Positions 27,445-36,841 of a stretch of 46,044 nt of DNA are shown piece after piece. This DNA is from Rickettsiaceae bacterium. GTDB lineage: Bacteria; Pseudomonadota; Alphaproteobacteria; Rickettsiales; Rickettsiaceae. The stretch lies in assembly GCA_027485375.1 (NCBI GenBank), contig JAIXRE010000097.1, positions 1 to 46,044 of the forward strand, written 5' to 3'. The stretch's first letter is position 1, and each line of letters opens with the position of its first letter. The translations under genes and the position numbers were made by a program. A model generated the notes under the pieces. The model had not been told where the DNA came from. It saw only the letters and a program-made list of their open reading frames with translations, and made no database searches.

Positions 27445-28650
27445 ATGAACATAGCCAGTAGTATAAAACGAATCATAGTTTTGCTGAGTCTAGTTATATT
27501 GCCTTTTGGGGCAGCTGCTGAAAGCTACTTGGATTATTACGAAAGAGGCAACAGCTTAGCAGCGCAAGGCAAATATCAGGAAGCGATTGATAGCTATAAT
27601 TTAGCAATTAAGTATAAACCTGATTATGCTGATGCTTATCATAATAAAGGCAGTGCTTTAGGTATGTTAGGTCGGTTAGAAGAAGCTATTAGCAACTACG
27701 ACCTAGCAATTAAGTATAAACCTGATGATGCTGAGACTTGTTTTAACAAAGGCACAGTCTTGTATGAATTAGGTAAATTAGAAGAAGCTATTGCTAATTA
27801 TAACTTAGCAATTAAGTATAAACCTGATTATGCTAAGGCTTATTATAACAAAGGCATTGCTTTGGACGATTTAGGCAAATCTGAGGAAGCTATTACTAGT
27901 TACGACCTAGCAATTAAGTATAAAGCTGATTATGCTAGGGCTTATTATAACAAAGGCAGAGTTTTGCATGGACTAGGTAAATATCAGGAAGCTATTACTA
28001 ACTACGACCTAGCAATTAAATATAAGCCTGATGATGCCGAGACTTATTGCAATAAAGGCAGAGTTTTGCATGGACTAGGTAAATATCAGGAAGCTATTAT
28101 TAACTATGACCTAGCAATTAAATATAAGCCTGATAATGCTATGAGTTATAATAATAAGGGCAGTGCTTTACATGAATTAGGTAAATATCAGGAAGCTATT
28201 ATTAACTACGACCTCGCAATCAAATATAAGCTTGATTATGTTATGGCTTATTATAATAAAGGCGTTGCTTTGGAGAAAATAGGCAAGTTAGAGGAAGCTA
28301 TAGCTAATTGGGACTTAGCAATTAAATATGAACCTGATTATGCTGGGGCTTATTATAACAAAGGCAGGGTTTTGCATGGACTAGGTAAATATCAGGAAGC
28401 AATCGATAACTATAATTTAGCAATCACATGTAATCCTTATGATGCTGAGGCTTATTATAGTAAAGGTACTCTTTTAAGCGCTGTAGGTAAATGGGATGCA
28501 GCGATTGATCACTATAATTTAGCAATTAAGTATAAGCCTGATGATGCTAAGGCTTATGCTAATAAAGCTATTACCCTAAATCACTTAGGCAGAAACTCAG
28601 AGGCACAAGAAGCATTGAACAAGGCAAAAAGTCTAACAGAAAAGCGATAA
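27445..28650 (+). CDS. Secreted/periplasmic TPR-repeat protein (11 tandem 34-aa units)
   Basis: Has a signal-like N-terminus (IIVLLSLVILPFGAAAES). The unit YYNKG..L..LGKYQEAI.NYDLAIKYKPD.A.A then repeats with a strict 102-nt period over 27535-28647. Confidence 0.85.
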   Translation: MNIASSIKRIIVLLSLVILPFGAAAESYLDYYERGNSLAAQGKYQEAIDSYNLAIKYKPDYADAYHNKGSALGMLGRLEEAISNYDLAIKYKPDDAETCFNKGTVLYELGKLEEAIANYNLAIKYKPDYAKAYYNKGIALDDLGKSEEAITSYDLAIKYKADYARAYYNKGRVLHGLGKYQEAITNYDLAIKYKPDDAETYCNKGRVLHGLGKYQEAIINYDLAIKYKPDNAMSYNNKGSALHELGKYQEAIINYDLAIKYKLDYVMAYYNKGVALEKIGKLEEAIANWDLAIKYEPDYAGAYYNKGRVLHGLGKYQEAIDNYNLAITCNPYDAEAYYSKGTLLSAVGKWDAAIDHYNLAIKYKPDDAKAYANKAITLNHLGRNSEAQEALNKAKSLTEKR

Positions 28651-28727
28651 TTCATTCATGCTGAATTTGAAGAGTGAAGAACAAGGAGCAATTTACTAGC
28701 TCATTTAATATTTTATAATTAATAAAC

Positions 28728-29543
28728 ATGACAGATAAAGCAGAGCATAACAACGTTACTATTCATCCTACAGCTATTGTTGACCCGATGGCAAAACTTG
28801 GCAAGAATGTTCAGATAGGACCATTTTGCATAGTAGGACCAGAGGTTACCTTAGGCGATAACGTGCAATTAAAATCGCATGTTGTCATAGAAGGGAAAAC
28901 TACTATAGGACATGATAATGTGATATATCCTTTTGCCTCGATAGGACAGCCGCCGCAGATATTGAAATATACCGGTGAGAAGTCTGAGGTAGTTGTTGGA
29001 AGTCATAATACCATAAGGGAATATGTCACGATTCAAGCTGGCAGTTTAGATGGCGGTATGCTTACTTCTGTTGGTAATAATTGCTTATTCATGGTTGGCG
29101 TGCATATAGGGCATGATTGCAAAGTAGGAAATAATGCTGTTTTTGCTAATTACGTAAGCCTAGCGGGACACGTGCATGTTGAGGATTACGTAGTGATAGG
29201 CGGGCTAGCTGCTGTGCACCAACATGTTCGTATAGGTGCGCACGCTATGGTTGGTGGGCTCTCTGCATTAGTCCGTGACCTCATACCTTTTGGACTTGCA
29301 AGTAGTGAACGTGCGGTGCTGGAAGGAATAAATATCGTAGGCATGAAAAGACGTGGCTTTGAAAAACTAGAGACCTTAGAAGTCTCAAAAGCTGTGAAAG
29401 AAATATTTAGCGACCAAGGGCTATTTGCTGATAGAATAGAGCTGGCGCAAAGTAAATATAAGGCTAACATTGCTGTGCAGCAAATAATAGGCTTCTTAAA
29501 ACAAGATAGTTCAAGAGCATTTTGTGGACCACAAAAAACATAA
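28728..29543 (+). CDS. lpxA: Acyl-ACP:UDP-GlcNAc O-acyltransferase LpxA
   Basis: Starts IHPTAIVDP, has hexapeptide repeats, and ends in an LpxA-type helical domain (GLNIVGMKRRGF-like: GINIVGMKRRGF). Confidence 0.94.
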   Translation: MTDKAEHNNVTIHPTAIVDPMAKLGKNVQIGPFCIVGPEVTLGDNVQLKSHVVIEGKTTIGHDNVIYPFASIGQPPQILKYTGEKSEVVVGSHNTIREYVTIQAGSLDGGMLTSVGNNCLFMVGVHIGHDCKVGNNAVFANYVSLAGHVHVEDYVVIGGLAAVHQHVRIGAHAMVGGLSALVRDLIPFGLASSERAVLEGINIVGMKRRGFEKLETLEVSKAVKEIFSDQGLFADRIELAQSKYKANIAVQQIIGFLKQDSSRAFCGPQKT

Positions 29544-30351
29544 TTCTAATAAACCCGTCTTAGGTATTATAGCTGGCAAGGGCGAGTTACCGCTTGAAAT
29601 TGCCAAGCTTTACAGGCAGCAAGGGGGAGAATGTTACATCGTTGCTTTAGAGGGGGCTGCAGAGTTACCTGCTGATTGTGACATACCGCACATTACTACT
29701 AGTATTGGTTACGTCGGCGCTGCTCTAGAATATTTCAAAAAATCCTCTGTAGCAAATATTATGCTTATTGGAGGTATCGAGCGACCAAATCTAAAAGCTT
29801 TAAAGGTAGATTTTGTTGGCTCGCAGCTACTAGCTAGTATTTTAGCGAATAAGTTTTTAGGTGATAATAATACTCTTAAAATTATAGCCAAATTTTTTGA
29901 GGATAAAGGCTTTAAGGTTATTTCACCGCAAGATGTCTTGCTTACTGCAGATTACTCTACTACTACCAAAGCTCCAAGCAAGCAAGATTTAGTTGATATT
30001 GAACTTGGATTTAAAGTCCTTGACGCTATGAGCAAGCTAGATATAGGGCAAGCTGTTATCGTTCAAGATGGCTACGTAATAGGAATAGAGGCGGCAGAAG
30101 GCACAGATAATTTGATTAAACGCTGCGCTGCCTTGCGTAAAAATCCTACTGGCGGAGTGCTAGTGAAAGCTATGAAACACGGGCAGGATGCTAGACTTGA
30201 TATTCCAACGATTGGGCTAGAAACTGCGCGCAACCTTGCTCATTACCAGTATAACGGCGTTGCTATCCAAAAGGACTCTGTTATCATCGCTAATCCTGAG
30301 AAGGTAATTAAATTCGCTAATGACAATAGAATTTTTGTGCTATCAATTTAA
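29524..30351 (+). CDS. lpxI: LpxI-family (DUF1009) UDP-2,3-diacylglucosamine hydrolase
   Basis: Contains LGIIAGKGELPLEIA..., DIGQAVIVQDGYVIGIEAAEGTD and DIPTIG, which match the alphaproteobacterial LpxI pattern. The GTG start overlaps the end of lpxA by 20 nt. Confidence 0.75.
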   Translation: MDHKKHNSNKPVLGIIAGKGELPLEIAKLYRQQGGECYIVALEGAAELPADCDIPHITTSIGYVGAALEYFKKSSVANIMLIGGIERPNLKALKVDFVGSQLLASILANKFLGDNNTLKIIAKFFEDKGFKVISPQDVLLTADYSTTTKAPSKQDLVDIELGFKVLDAMSKLDIGQAVIVQDGYVIGIEAAEGTDNLIKRCAALRKNPTGGVLVKAMKHGQDARLDIPTIGLETARNLAHYQYNGVAIQKDSVIIANPEKVIKFANDNRIFVLSI

Positions 30352-30488
30352 ACCTTATACCAAATCCCATTTTTAAATAATCCAAACGGATTTTGCAAGA
30401 TTCGTCTTTGCGCACGTATTAATATACGCTTACGCAGACTCACCTTAAAATCCATTTGCCTTATTTAATCTGGGATTCGGTATTATAG
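30352..30488. repeat. Palindromic intergenic element, copy 2 (RPE/MITE-like, ~137 nt)
   Basis: Starts immediately after the lpxI stop. The left arm accttataccaaatcccatttttaaataatccaaacggattttgcaaga... is complementary to the right arm ...ccttaaaatccatttgccttatttaatctgggattcggtat. It is homologous to 22352-22489. Confidence 0.8.
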
Positions 30489-30517
30489 TAAATCATACTA
30501 AGACTTGAGTCATCAAC

Positions 30518-31066
30518 TTATTTAATGCAATTTTGGCGTAACATCCTAAGAAGCACGCCGTCTTTACGAATAAAATGGTGGTATAAAGCAGCAAGAAAAT
30601 GCAAAGTAATTAGCCCAACGAAACAAAAAGCAGTGTATCCATGTACCAAAGCAAATAATCTAGCAAGCTCTGTGTTTTTTTCCCAAGCTGCAAAAGAAAA
30701 AAGACCATAAACACTTACTTCATAACCGCTAAGGACGGACATTAAAAAGCCACTCAGTGGCATAGTGAACATTGAAACATATAATGCTATATGAGTAAAA
30801 TACGCCGCCTTTTGCTGCCAATTTGGTAAATCTGCTGGCATTAGCACCGCACTATTCATAAGCCGCCAAAGCAGCCTGAAAGTAACTAGCAAAAGCACTA
30901 TTACGCCAGTTGCCTTATGCGCACCATAGATTTGGAATTTTTCGTTAGAGTTTTCCATATCAGACATTAAAAACCCTACTATTAGCAAAGTAATAATTAG
31001 TATACTAATAATCCAGTGCAGCGACCTACTAACAATGCCATAAGAATCTGCAGTATTTTTAAGCAT
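30518..31066 (-). CDS. Cytochrome b561 family protein (CybB-like)
   Basis: 182 aa with 4 TM helices and conserved His positions (SRSLHWII, YGAHKATG, FTHIALY, LHFLAALYHHF). Confidence 0.8.
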   Translation of the reverse strand: MLKNTADSYGIVSRSLHWIISILIITLLIVGFLMSDMENSNEKFQIYGAHKATGVIVLLLVTFRLLWRLMNSAVLMPADLPNWQQKAAYFTHIALYVSMFTMPLSGFLMSVLSGYEVSVYGLFSFAAWEKNTELARLFALVHGYTAFCFVGLITLHFLAALYHHFIRKDGVLLRMLRQNCIK

Positions 31067-31122
31067 TTTAACCTCTTGTGAGATAAGAAAGAACTCGCTT
31101 TTTGCGTGTTTAGAAAGTTTAG

Positions 31123-32529
31123 CTAGCTATTACGAGCTACCTTCCTAGCATAGGCTATATCTTTAAGATACTCACATACTTTTTCAAATACTGGTCGTGG
31201 TAAAATCTCGGCTGTGCTAATTTCGATATAGTTATCTTTCAGATTAAGCGAAAAAGAAGGAGTATGAAATTCTGGTCCATCAACTTTTCTAGCTATTTTA
31301 ATAAAGTTACCAATTATCTGGCTATTAGCGTAATCAGCTCTGCTAATGGTCTTCTTTGCTAATTTGTTAATGTAGTTATCAGATTTAGCGCTATAAGCAA
31401 ATGACAGAATCAAGCCTAGCATAACACGTTGGCGGTGACTAAATGGTATATCAGAAGAAAGGACAAATTCTACTGCGAAATTAGCCCTCAAGGTCTTATC
31501 AATATTTTTATTAAATTGAGCAAGGCTAAAAGCTAGTTCAATTATATCCGTAATTATCTTATCAGCATTGACTAGCAGCGGCAAGACAGATTGTTTATAC
31601 CTATCAAGCTTACAAACATTTTCATCTAAATGCACTAAAGCTTTGATACGTTCATAAATAGTATCCTTTTTTTGCTCCTCTTCTGGCAAGGAAACAAATC
31701 TTACTCCTTCTTTTAAACCATAATTCGAGATAACTACTTTTTCCGGGGTAAAGACATGCATCATTGCTTTAGCAACTAGTATAGCGTTACTATCAATATT
31801 GCGATTACCTTGATTACTAAAACTAAGTTGAGTTCTGTTTAAGTGATCTAGCTTTTCTAAATATAGTTCAAAATCTCTTCTAGGAATTTCAAGGTTATGC
31901 AAGTTTTTCAGAGGATAATGGATAAAATCCATGTAAAACCTACCAATAAAACGAAAAGCCCCGCCTATCAAGTATAAATTTTGGTAAGTAACTTGACCAA
32001 ACTCTTTCTTAATAATATCAATAATAACATTTACGTCATTTAAATTGTTATCTACTATTACTTTAGTGCCGAGCGGCAATGACTTTAAATTACCAACTTT
32101 TCGATCAGCAATAGAGGCTATTTCTAAACTACCCCCGCCTAAATCTGCAGCGACGCCACAAGCATCAGTTACGCCAGAAATTAAACCAGCAGCAGTAAGA
32201 TAAGCCTCCTTATCGCCAGAAATGACCTCTATATCAAACTTGAATTTTTCTTTAATGATTTGTTGAAATTGCACTGCTTTTGGATGCCCTCTTAAGACAG
32301 CAGTTGCAACGCATCTTATATTAGTAACAGATAATTGCTCGAAAATATGGACTAAATATTTTAACGACAAATAGGTTTGGTGTTTAACGTCCAAATTCTC
32401 CATTTCTAGTAAACTCAGAATATCATTTCTGAATTTATCATTAAAAATTTCTGGACTTCCTATAGTGTCGCGTTCGTAAACCACTGCCCTTATAGCATTA
32501 TAGCCAATGTCGATGATCGCTGAGCGCAT
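31123..32529 (-). CDS. Ppx/GppA-family phosphatase (exopolyphosphatase-like)
   Basis: Has an ASKHA-fold N-terminus (AIIDIGYNAIRAVVYE, DLGGGSLE) and is 468 aa long. Confidence 0.8.
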   Translation of the reverse strand: MRSAIIDIGYNAIRAVVYERDTIGSPEIFNDKFRNDILSLLEMENLDVKHQTYLSLKYLVHIFEQLSVTNIRCVATAVLRGHPKAVQFQQIIKEKFKFDIEVISGDKEAYLTAAGLISGVTDACGVAADLGGGSLEIASIADRKVGNLKSLPLGTKVIVDNNLNDVNVIIDIIKKEFGQVTYQNLYLIGGAFRFIGRFYMDFIHYPLKNLHNLEIPRRDFELYLEKLDHLNRTQLSFSNQGNRNIDSNAILVAKAMMHVFTPEKVVISNYGLKEGVRFVSLPEEEQKKDTIYERIKALVHLDENVCKLDRYKQSVLPLLVNADKIITDIIELAFSLAQFNKNIDKTLRANFAVEFVLSSDIPFSHRQRVMLGLILSFAYSAKSDNYINKLAKKTISRADYANSQIIGNFIKIARKVDGPEFHTPSFSLNLKDNYIEISTAEILPRPVFEKVCEYLKDIAYARKVARNS

Positions 32530-32602
32530 AATAACCTAATTATATTTGTTCTATTTGAGCCCTTATACACCCTGCTAAATGCCCAGAAGTCAATTATAAA
32601 GA

Positions 32603-34387
32603 TTATACCAGCTCCTTGCTAGATTCATCATTAGTATCATTTTCTGCAGATTCTTCTAGTACTTCTGCATTCTTATTCGGATTATAAGGCTCTTGTGTTG
32701 GGATAAATGTAGGGGGTAAAAGCCTTTTTGTAAAGAATTTATCTTGATAATAGGCTATTTTCTTAGATTTAATAGGAGGAAATGATTCAATTAGGACGAT
32801 TTGCTCGTCACGTGGCAGAAGGATAACTTCTTGCGGTAAAAGTAAAGCTCTCTGCACATTAGAGATATTTTTACTTCTGCTTGCAGGGTTAAAGTCAAAT
32901 AATATCGGTTTACTATATGATTCTGCTTCAACTGTTTTATTGCCGCATAATTGCGAAATCAGATTAGCAGTCTCATAGTTATTTGCTGCAAAGGTAATAC
33001 GGAAAGTAGAGTTTGATAGAAACGAGTTCATACCAGCCTCCTCATAAGTTCCTTTTAGCTGCTGGGTATCTTGGATAATGAGGAATAATCGCACTCTATA
33101 TCCTCTAAAATAGGCAATACCTGCTTTAAAGGTTTCCATTTTACCTAAAGTTGGAAACTCATCTAATAAAAACATCACGCCATATGGCTCTTCTTTAAGG
33201 TCTGGCATTTTACGACTTAAAAATTCAGTAGCTTGTTGGTAGAATACTTGCATTAATTTTTGCAAACGAGCAATATTATCTGGTGTTAAGCCTACATATA
33301 CCGTCGTTTTTTCTTTTTTAAACATTTGCACGTTAAAGTCAGAGGTAGCGGTCGCTGAATCGATAAGAGGATTCGCCCAAAGTTCCAAAGAGGAGTTCAG
33401 GGTAGAGACAACGCCTGAACGTTCTTTATCTGCTTTCTGCAGAAAAGCTGCTATATTCATGTAAGCTACTGGATGCATGACTTTGCCTAAAGTATCAAGA
33501 GCCACGGCTAAATTATATACCACGTCATCACTGCGCATTGTCCTTACAACCTCGCCAAAAGATTTGGATTTCGCAGGGTCTGCAAGCAAATAAAGTACAA
33601 CTCCTAAAAATAAGCTACGTGCTTCATTTTCCCAGAAATCTTGTTTAGGCATCAGAAGACTGGAGATTTTTTGCGCATCATCCACCATTTGCCCTGGCTT
33701 GGTGCTAATCCAGTCAATAGGGTTATAGCAATGGGTTATACCATCAGGATTTGAGGGCTCCCATACGAATACTTTTTGCCCTTGTTTTTCTCTCCAGCCA
33801 CTAGTTAAACCGTGATTTTCAAGCTTGATATCATGCACAACTATTGAATGCTCCCAAAATAATAAATTTGGTATTACAAAGCCAACACCCTTACCAGAAC
33901 CAGTAGGGGCAAAAAGCAAAGCATGCTGGAAACCGTCTGCAACATAATATCCTCCTTCATCCTGACCTAGGAGCATTCCATGCGGTGAGCGCAAACCAGC
34001 TTTTTCAATATCGTAAGGAGCCGCCCACCTTGCATCGCCATAAACTGCCTCTTTAGGTTTAAAGAACTCCAAAGTTTTTATACGAACAAAATTTCTATAA
34101 TAGAAATATAGCACAAAAATTGGTGGCACTAAGATAGATATGACTAATTTTAATTTAAGATAGTGGTAAGCCTCAAAAGTTAAATGCGACCAAGCTTTGA
34201 GTAACCAGTATGACCATTTACTTGCTATGAAAATTGCGTTCGAGTTAAACCCTATAGAATTAAATTCGCCAGTAAAAATAGCAATTAAAAAACCACTTGC
34301 CCATATTGTGCAATATAAGACAAAAGGATGTATTATAGCATGTCCTATAATGTTCCTGATAGTCGCTACGGATTTATACCACTGCAT
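32603..34387 (-). CDS. virD4: Type IV secretion coupling protein VirD4
   Basis: Has N-terminal TM helices, Walker A APTGSGKGVG and Walker B MFLLDEFPTLG. I trimmed the start to ATG 34387, which overlaps the end of virB11 by 14 nt; the ORF-track start is 34447. Confidence 0.92.
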   Translation of the reverse strand: MQWYKSVATIRNIIGHAIIHPFVLYCTIWASGFLIAIFTGEFNSIGFNSNAIFIASKWSYWLLKAWSHLTFEAYHYLKLKLVISILVPPIFVLYFYYRNFVRIKTLEFFKPKEAVYGDARWAAPYDIEKAGLRSPHGMLLGQDEGGYYVADGFQHALLFAPTGSGKGVGFVIPNLLFWEHSIVVHDIKLENHGLTSGWREKQGQKVFVWEPSNPDGITHCYNPIDWISTKPGQMVDDAQKISSLLMPKQDFWENEARSLFLGVVLYLLADPAKSKSFGEVVRTMRSDDVVYNLAVALDTLGKVMHPVAYMNIAAFLQKADKERSGVVSTLNSSLELWANPLIDSATATSDFNVQMFKKEKTTVYVGLTPDNIARLQKLMQVFYQQATEFLSRKMPDLKEEPYGVMFLLDEFPTLGKMETFKAGIAYFRGYRVRLFLIIQDTQQLKGTYEEAGMNSFLSNSTFRITFAANNYETANLISQLCGNKTVEAESYSKPILFDFNPASRSKNISNVQRALLLPQEVILLPRDEQIVLIESFPPIKSKKIAYYQDKFFTKRLLPPTFIPTQEPYNPNKNAEVLEESAENDTNDESSKELV

Positions 34388-35372
34388 CCTGCCCTCTAGT
34401 ACCTTTATAATAAATTTCAGAGACGTATCTTTTGCCGCCGCTACCACGTTTTAGCTGCACCACTATGTCAACAACCGCTAAAATATATTTTCTCACTTCT
34501 TCAGGAGGAATACCAAGTCCAGCTTGCATAACCATTAATTTTAGCTGTTCAAGTGCCATTTGCGGGGCGTCAGCGTGCAGGGTAGAAATAGAGCCAGGGT
34601 GACCAGTATTTATAGCCCTCAAGAAACTAAAAGCCTCTACTCCTCTAAGTTCACCAACAATTATTCTATCAGGTCGTAAACGCAAACACGCTTCAATTAA
34701 ATCTTGCGTGGTGACCTTAGCCCTTCCTTGCCCTCCTTTGGAAGCAATTAAATGTACCTTATTATGATGATTAGGCAACATGACTTCTCGTGCATCCTCG
34801 ACGGTTATAAGTCTTTCATCTTTTGGTATCTCGCTAAGCGCTGCATTAGTAAAAGTGGTTTTACCTGTTGAAGTACCGCCGCTAATAATAATGTTCTTTT
34901 TCCTCAGTACAGCTTGCTTAATAAATTCCTTAATTTGTTTTTCCCGCAGTAATTTAGCAAGTATAATATCATCTTCGCTTACTACCATTTCAGTTACAGT
35001 ATTGTCAAAAGCCCCCATTTTAGCATATTCATCAAGCGAAAGATGCATTGTGCTAGCTTTTCTGATAGCATAAGCAACCATACTAGGCTCACAAACTGGA
35101 GGAAAAACTATCTGTATACGATAACCATTTGGCAATGTAGCAGAAAGCAGCGGTCTTTCTTCAGAGATCATTTGATCCGTTGACTGCGCCACAAGTCTAC
35201 CAAGACCTAGTAAATGTTCAAGGTCGAGCTCTGGTAGTAATTCCTTCCTCAGGTCACCCTGTTTCTCAATCCAAACCTCACCGGGCTTGTTAATCATAAT
35301 CTCGTTAACTCCCTCCTCCGCAAATAACTTTTTAAAAGGCAAGAGGTAGGTTTCTAGCGCCGCAAAATTCAT
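34374..35372 (-). CDS. virB11: Type IV secretion ATPase VirB11
   Basis: Contains Walker A SGGTSTGKTT, RIIVGELRG and GHPGSISTLHA. It overlaps virB10 by 4 nt. Confidence 0.95.
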   Translation of the reverse strand: MNFAALETYLLPFKKLFAEEGVNEIMINKPGEVWIEKQGDLRKELLPELDLEHLLGLGRLVAQSTDQMISEERPLLSATLPNGYRIQIVFPPVCEPSMVAYAIRKASTMHLSLDEYAKMGAFDNTVTEMVVSEDDIILAKLLREKQIKEFIKQAVLRKKNIIISGGTSTGKTTFTNAALSEIPKDERLITVEDAREVMLPNHHNKVHLIASKGGQGRAKVTTQDLIEACLRLRPDRIIVGELRGVEAFSFLRAINTGHPGSISTLHADAPQMALEQLKLMVMQAGLGIPPEEVRKYILAVVDIVVQLKRGSGGKRYVSEIYYKGTRGQDAVV

Positions 35373-36823
35373 TGCATTAACCTCGATTTACTAACAGCTG
35401 CTTTTGGAAATCTATAATCCTTATTTACATAAATCTTAATAGGCGTTCCTTGATTTATCGTAATAGTTGGAGTAAATTTCTGCGCAGTTATCATTTCTTT
35501 GGCAGTATTAGTTATATCTGTAAATGCAGTTTTTGAAGCACCTTGCGCTTGAGTAGGCGAGGTGGCGGTAGCTGCAGTAGTTACTAAACTTGTAACAGCG
35601 CCGTTAATCGCAGTTTGCAAACCAAGCAATGCTTGATCAGGATTAGCATTATTTGGTGCAGCAGCACAAGCATTCTGTATTGTAGTATAGGCTGTAGAGC
35701 TTGTATCTGTAATCAATGCAAGCACTTGAGTGCAAATAGCGGTAATTTTTTGAGCAGGCAGAAGGTTAGCATTACTATTTGTTGCAGTTATAACATTTTG
35801 TATGCTAGTTGCAGCTTGTGTTTGAGAGGCTGCTGCTTGCGAGGTAGGCGGGGGCGTTACCAGCATATCAAGACCCTTGGCAACTCCTATATTAAAGGCT
35901 GATAATAAAATAGAGTTAGTCATACGTTCTTTAAACTTGTTATCTACTCTACCTTGTGCCCCTTTCCTGCCTAAATGGTCCACGGCGTCTGATTTAATTT
36001 GCACGCTATAACCATTAGCAAGATTTACCTTTTCCCAAATTACTCCAACTCTACCAGAGTCTTGATTAGCAATATTGAAAGTGCCATATACTCTGGAGCC
36101 CTTTGGTATTAGTATCAGCTTACCATCTTCGGCGTAAACATCACGGCTTACTATTGCTCTTATTTCTCCAATAAAGTCACTATTGATAGCGCTTTCTAGT
36201 ATTGCATCAATAATCTTACCTTGACCAAGCAGTAAGTTTGCATCACCTCGGTACTTAAAGTTGCTTTCTTGTTCTATCTGCTCTGGGCTTTTAGTTTGTT
36301 CCTTACCAGCGATTAAAATCATCGAGGCTTTACGCTTGGCTATTTTGCGTTTCGTCGCTTCATCGCTATCAGATAATTTAGATGGTAAATCTGCAGATTC
36401 TCCTTGATTAAAAGCTTCATCCTGTAATAATGGAGAATTAGGCATAACTGGCATAGCCGGAACTGGTGGAGCACCCGCTGGATTGCTTGGCATTACCGGT
36501 ATTGTAGGAGCAGGTTTTTCTTCTTCCACAGGGTCTTGTAGTTTTGGTGGCTCAGGCAGTTTAGGAATTTCTGGCACTTCATTTTCAACCGCCTGCGGTG
36601 GCGCTGTAACTTGAGTTGGAACCACAACCTCTGGAACTGATGTAGAACTTTTATTATTTATAAACAACGTAAATGCGAAATACCCAAGAGCTCCACCTGC
36701 TATTAGCAAGATTAAAAAGCTCTTTTTAGGACTAGTTGCTACTTTGGAAAGCTCGTTTTGGACTTCTGGTAGTATTACCACTTTCTCAGAAGAACTATTA
36801 TCAGCGTTGTTTTGCTCTGCCAT
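35369..36823 (-). CDS. virB10: Type IV secretion protein VirB10 (TrbI domain)
   Basis: Has an N-terminal TM helix, a Pro-rich linker (PEIPKLPEPPKLQDP...), and a TrbI-type beta-barrel core (GKIIDAILESAINSD..., RVGVIWEKV, TITINQGTPIKIYV). Confidence 0.92.
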   Translation of the reverse strand: MAEQNNADNSSSEKVVILPEVQNELSKVATSPKKSFLILLIAGGALGYFAFTLFINNKSSTSVPEVVVPTQVTAPPQAVENEVPEIPKLPEPPKLQDPVEEEKPAPTIPVMPSNPAGAPPVPAMPVMPNSPLLQDEAFNQGESADLPSKLSDSDEATKRKIAKRKASMILIAGKEQTKSPEQIEQESNFKYRGDANLLLGQGKIIDAILESAINSDFIGEIRAIVSRDVYAEDGKLILIPKGSRVYGTFNIANQDSGRVGVIWEKVNLANGYSVQIKSDAVDHLGRKGAQGRVDNKFKERMTNSILLSAFNIGVAKGLDMLVTPPPTSQAAASQTQAATSIQNVITATNSNANLLPAQKITAICTQVLALITDTSSTAYTTIQNACAAAPNNANPDQALLGLQTAINGAVTSLVTTAATATSPTQAQGASKTAFTDITNTAKEMITAQKFTPTITINQGTPIKIYVNKDYRFPKAAVSKSRLMQ

Positions 36824-36841
36824 TTTATTTCTTCTCTAAAC

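Noticed and set aside
27535-28647. Regular 102-bp (TPR) and 99-bp (ankyrin, 44142-44339) tandem repeats considered as possible CRISPR or other non-coding arrays.
   Set aside because: The units are contiguous with no repeat/spacer alternation. Their periods equal 34 and 33 codons, they stay in one open frame, and they translate to textbook TPR and ANK motifs. No cas genes are present.
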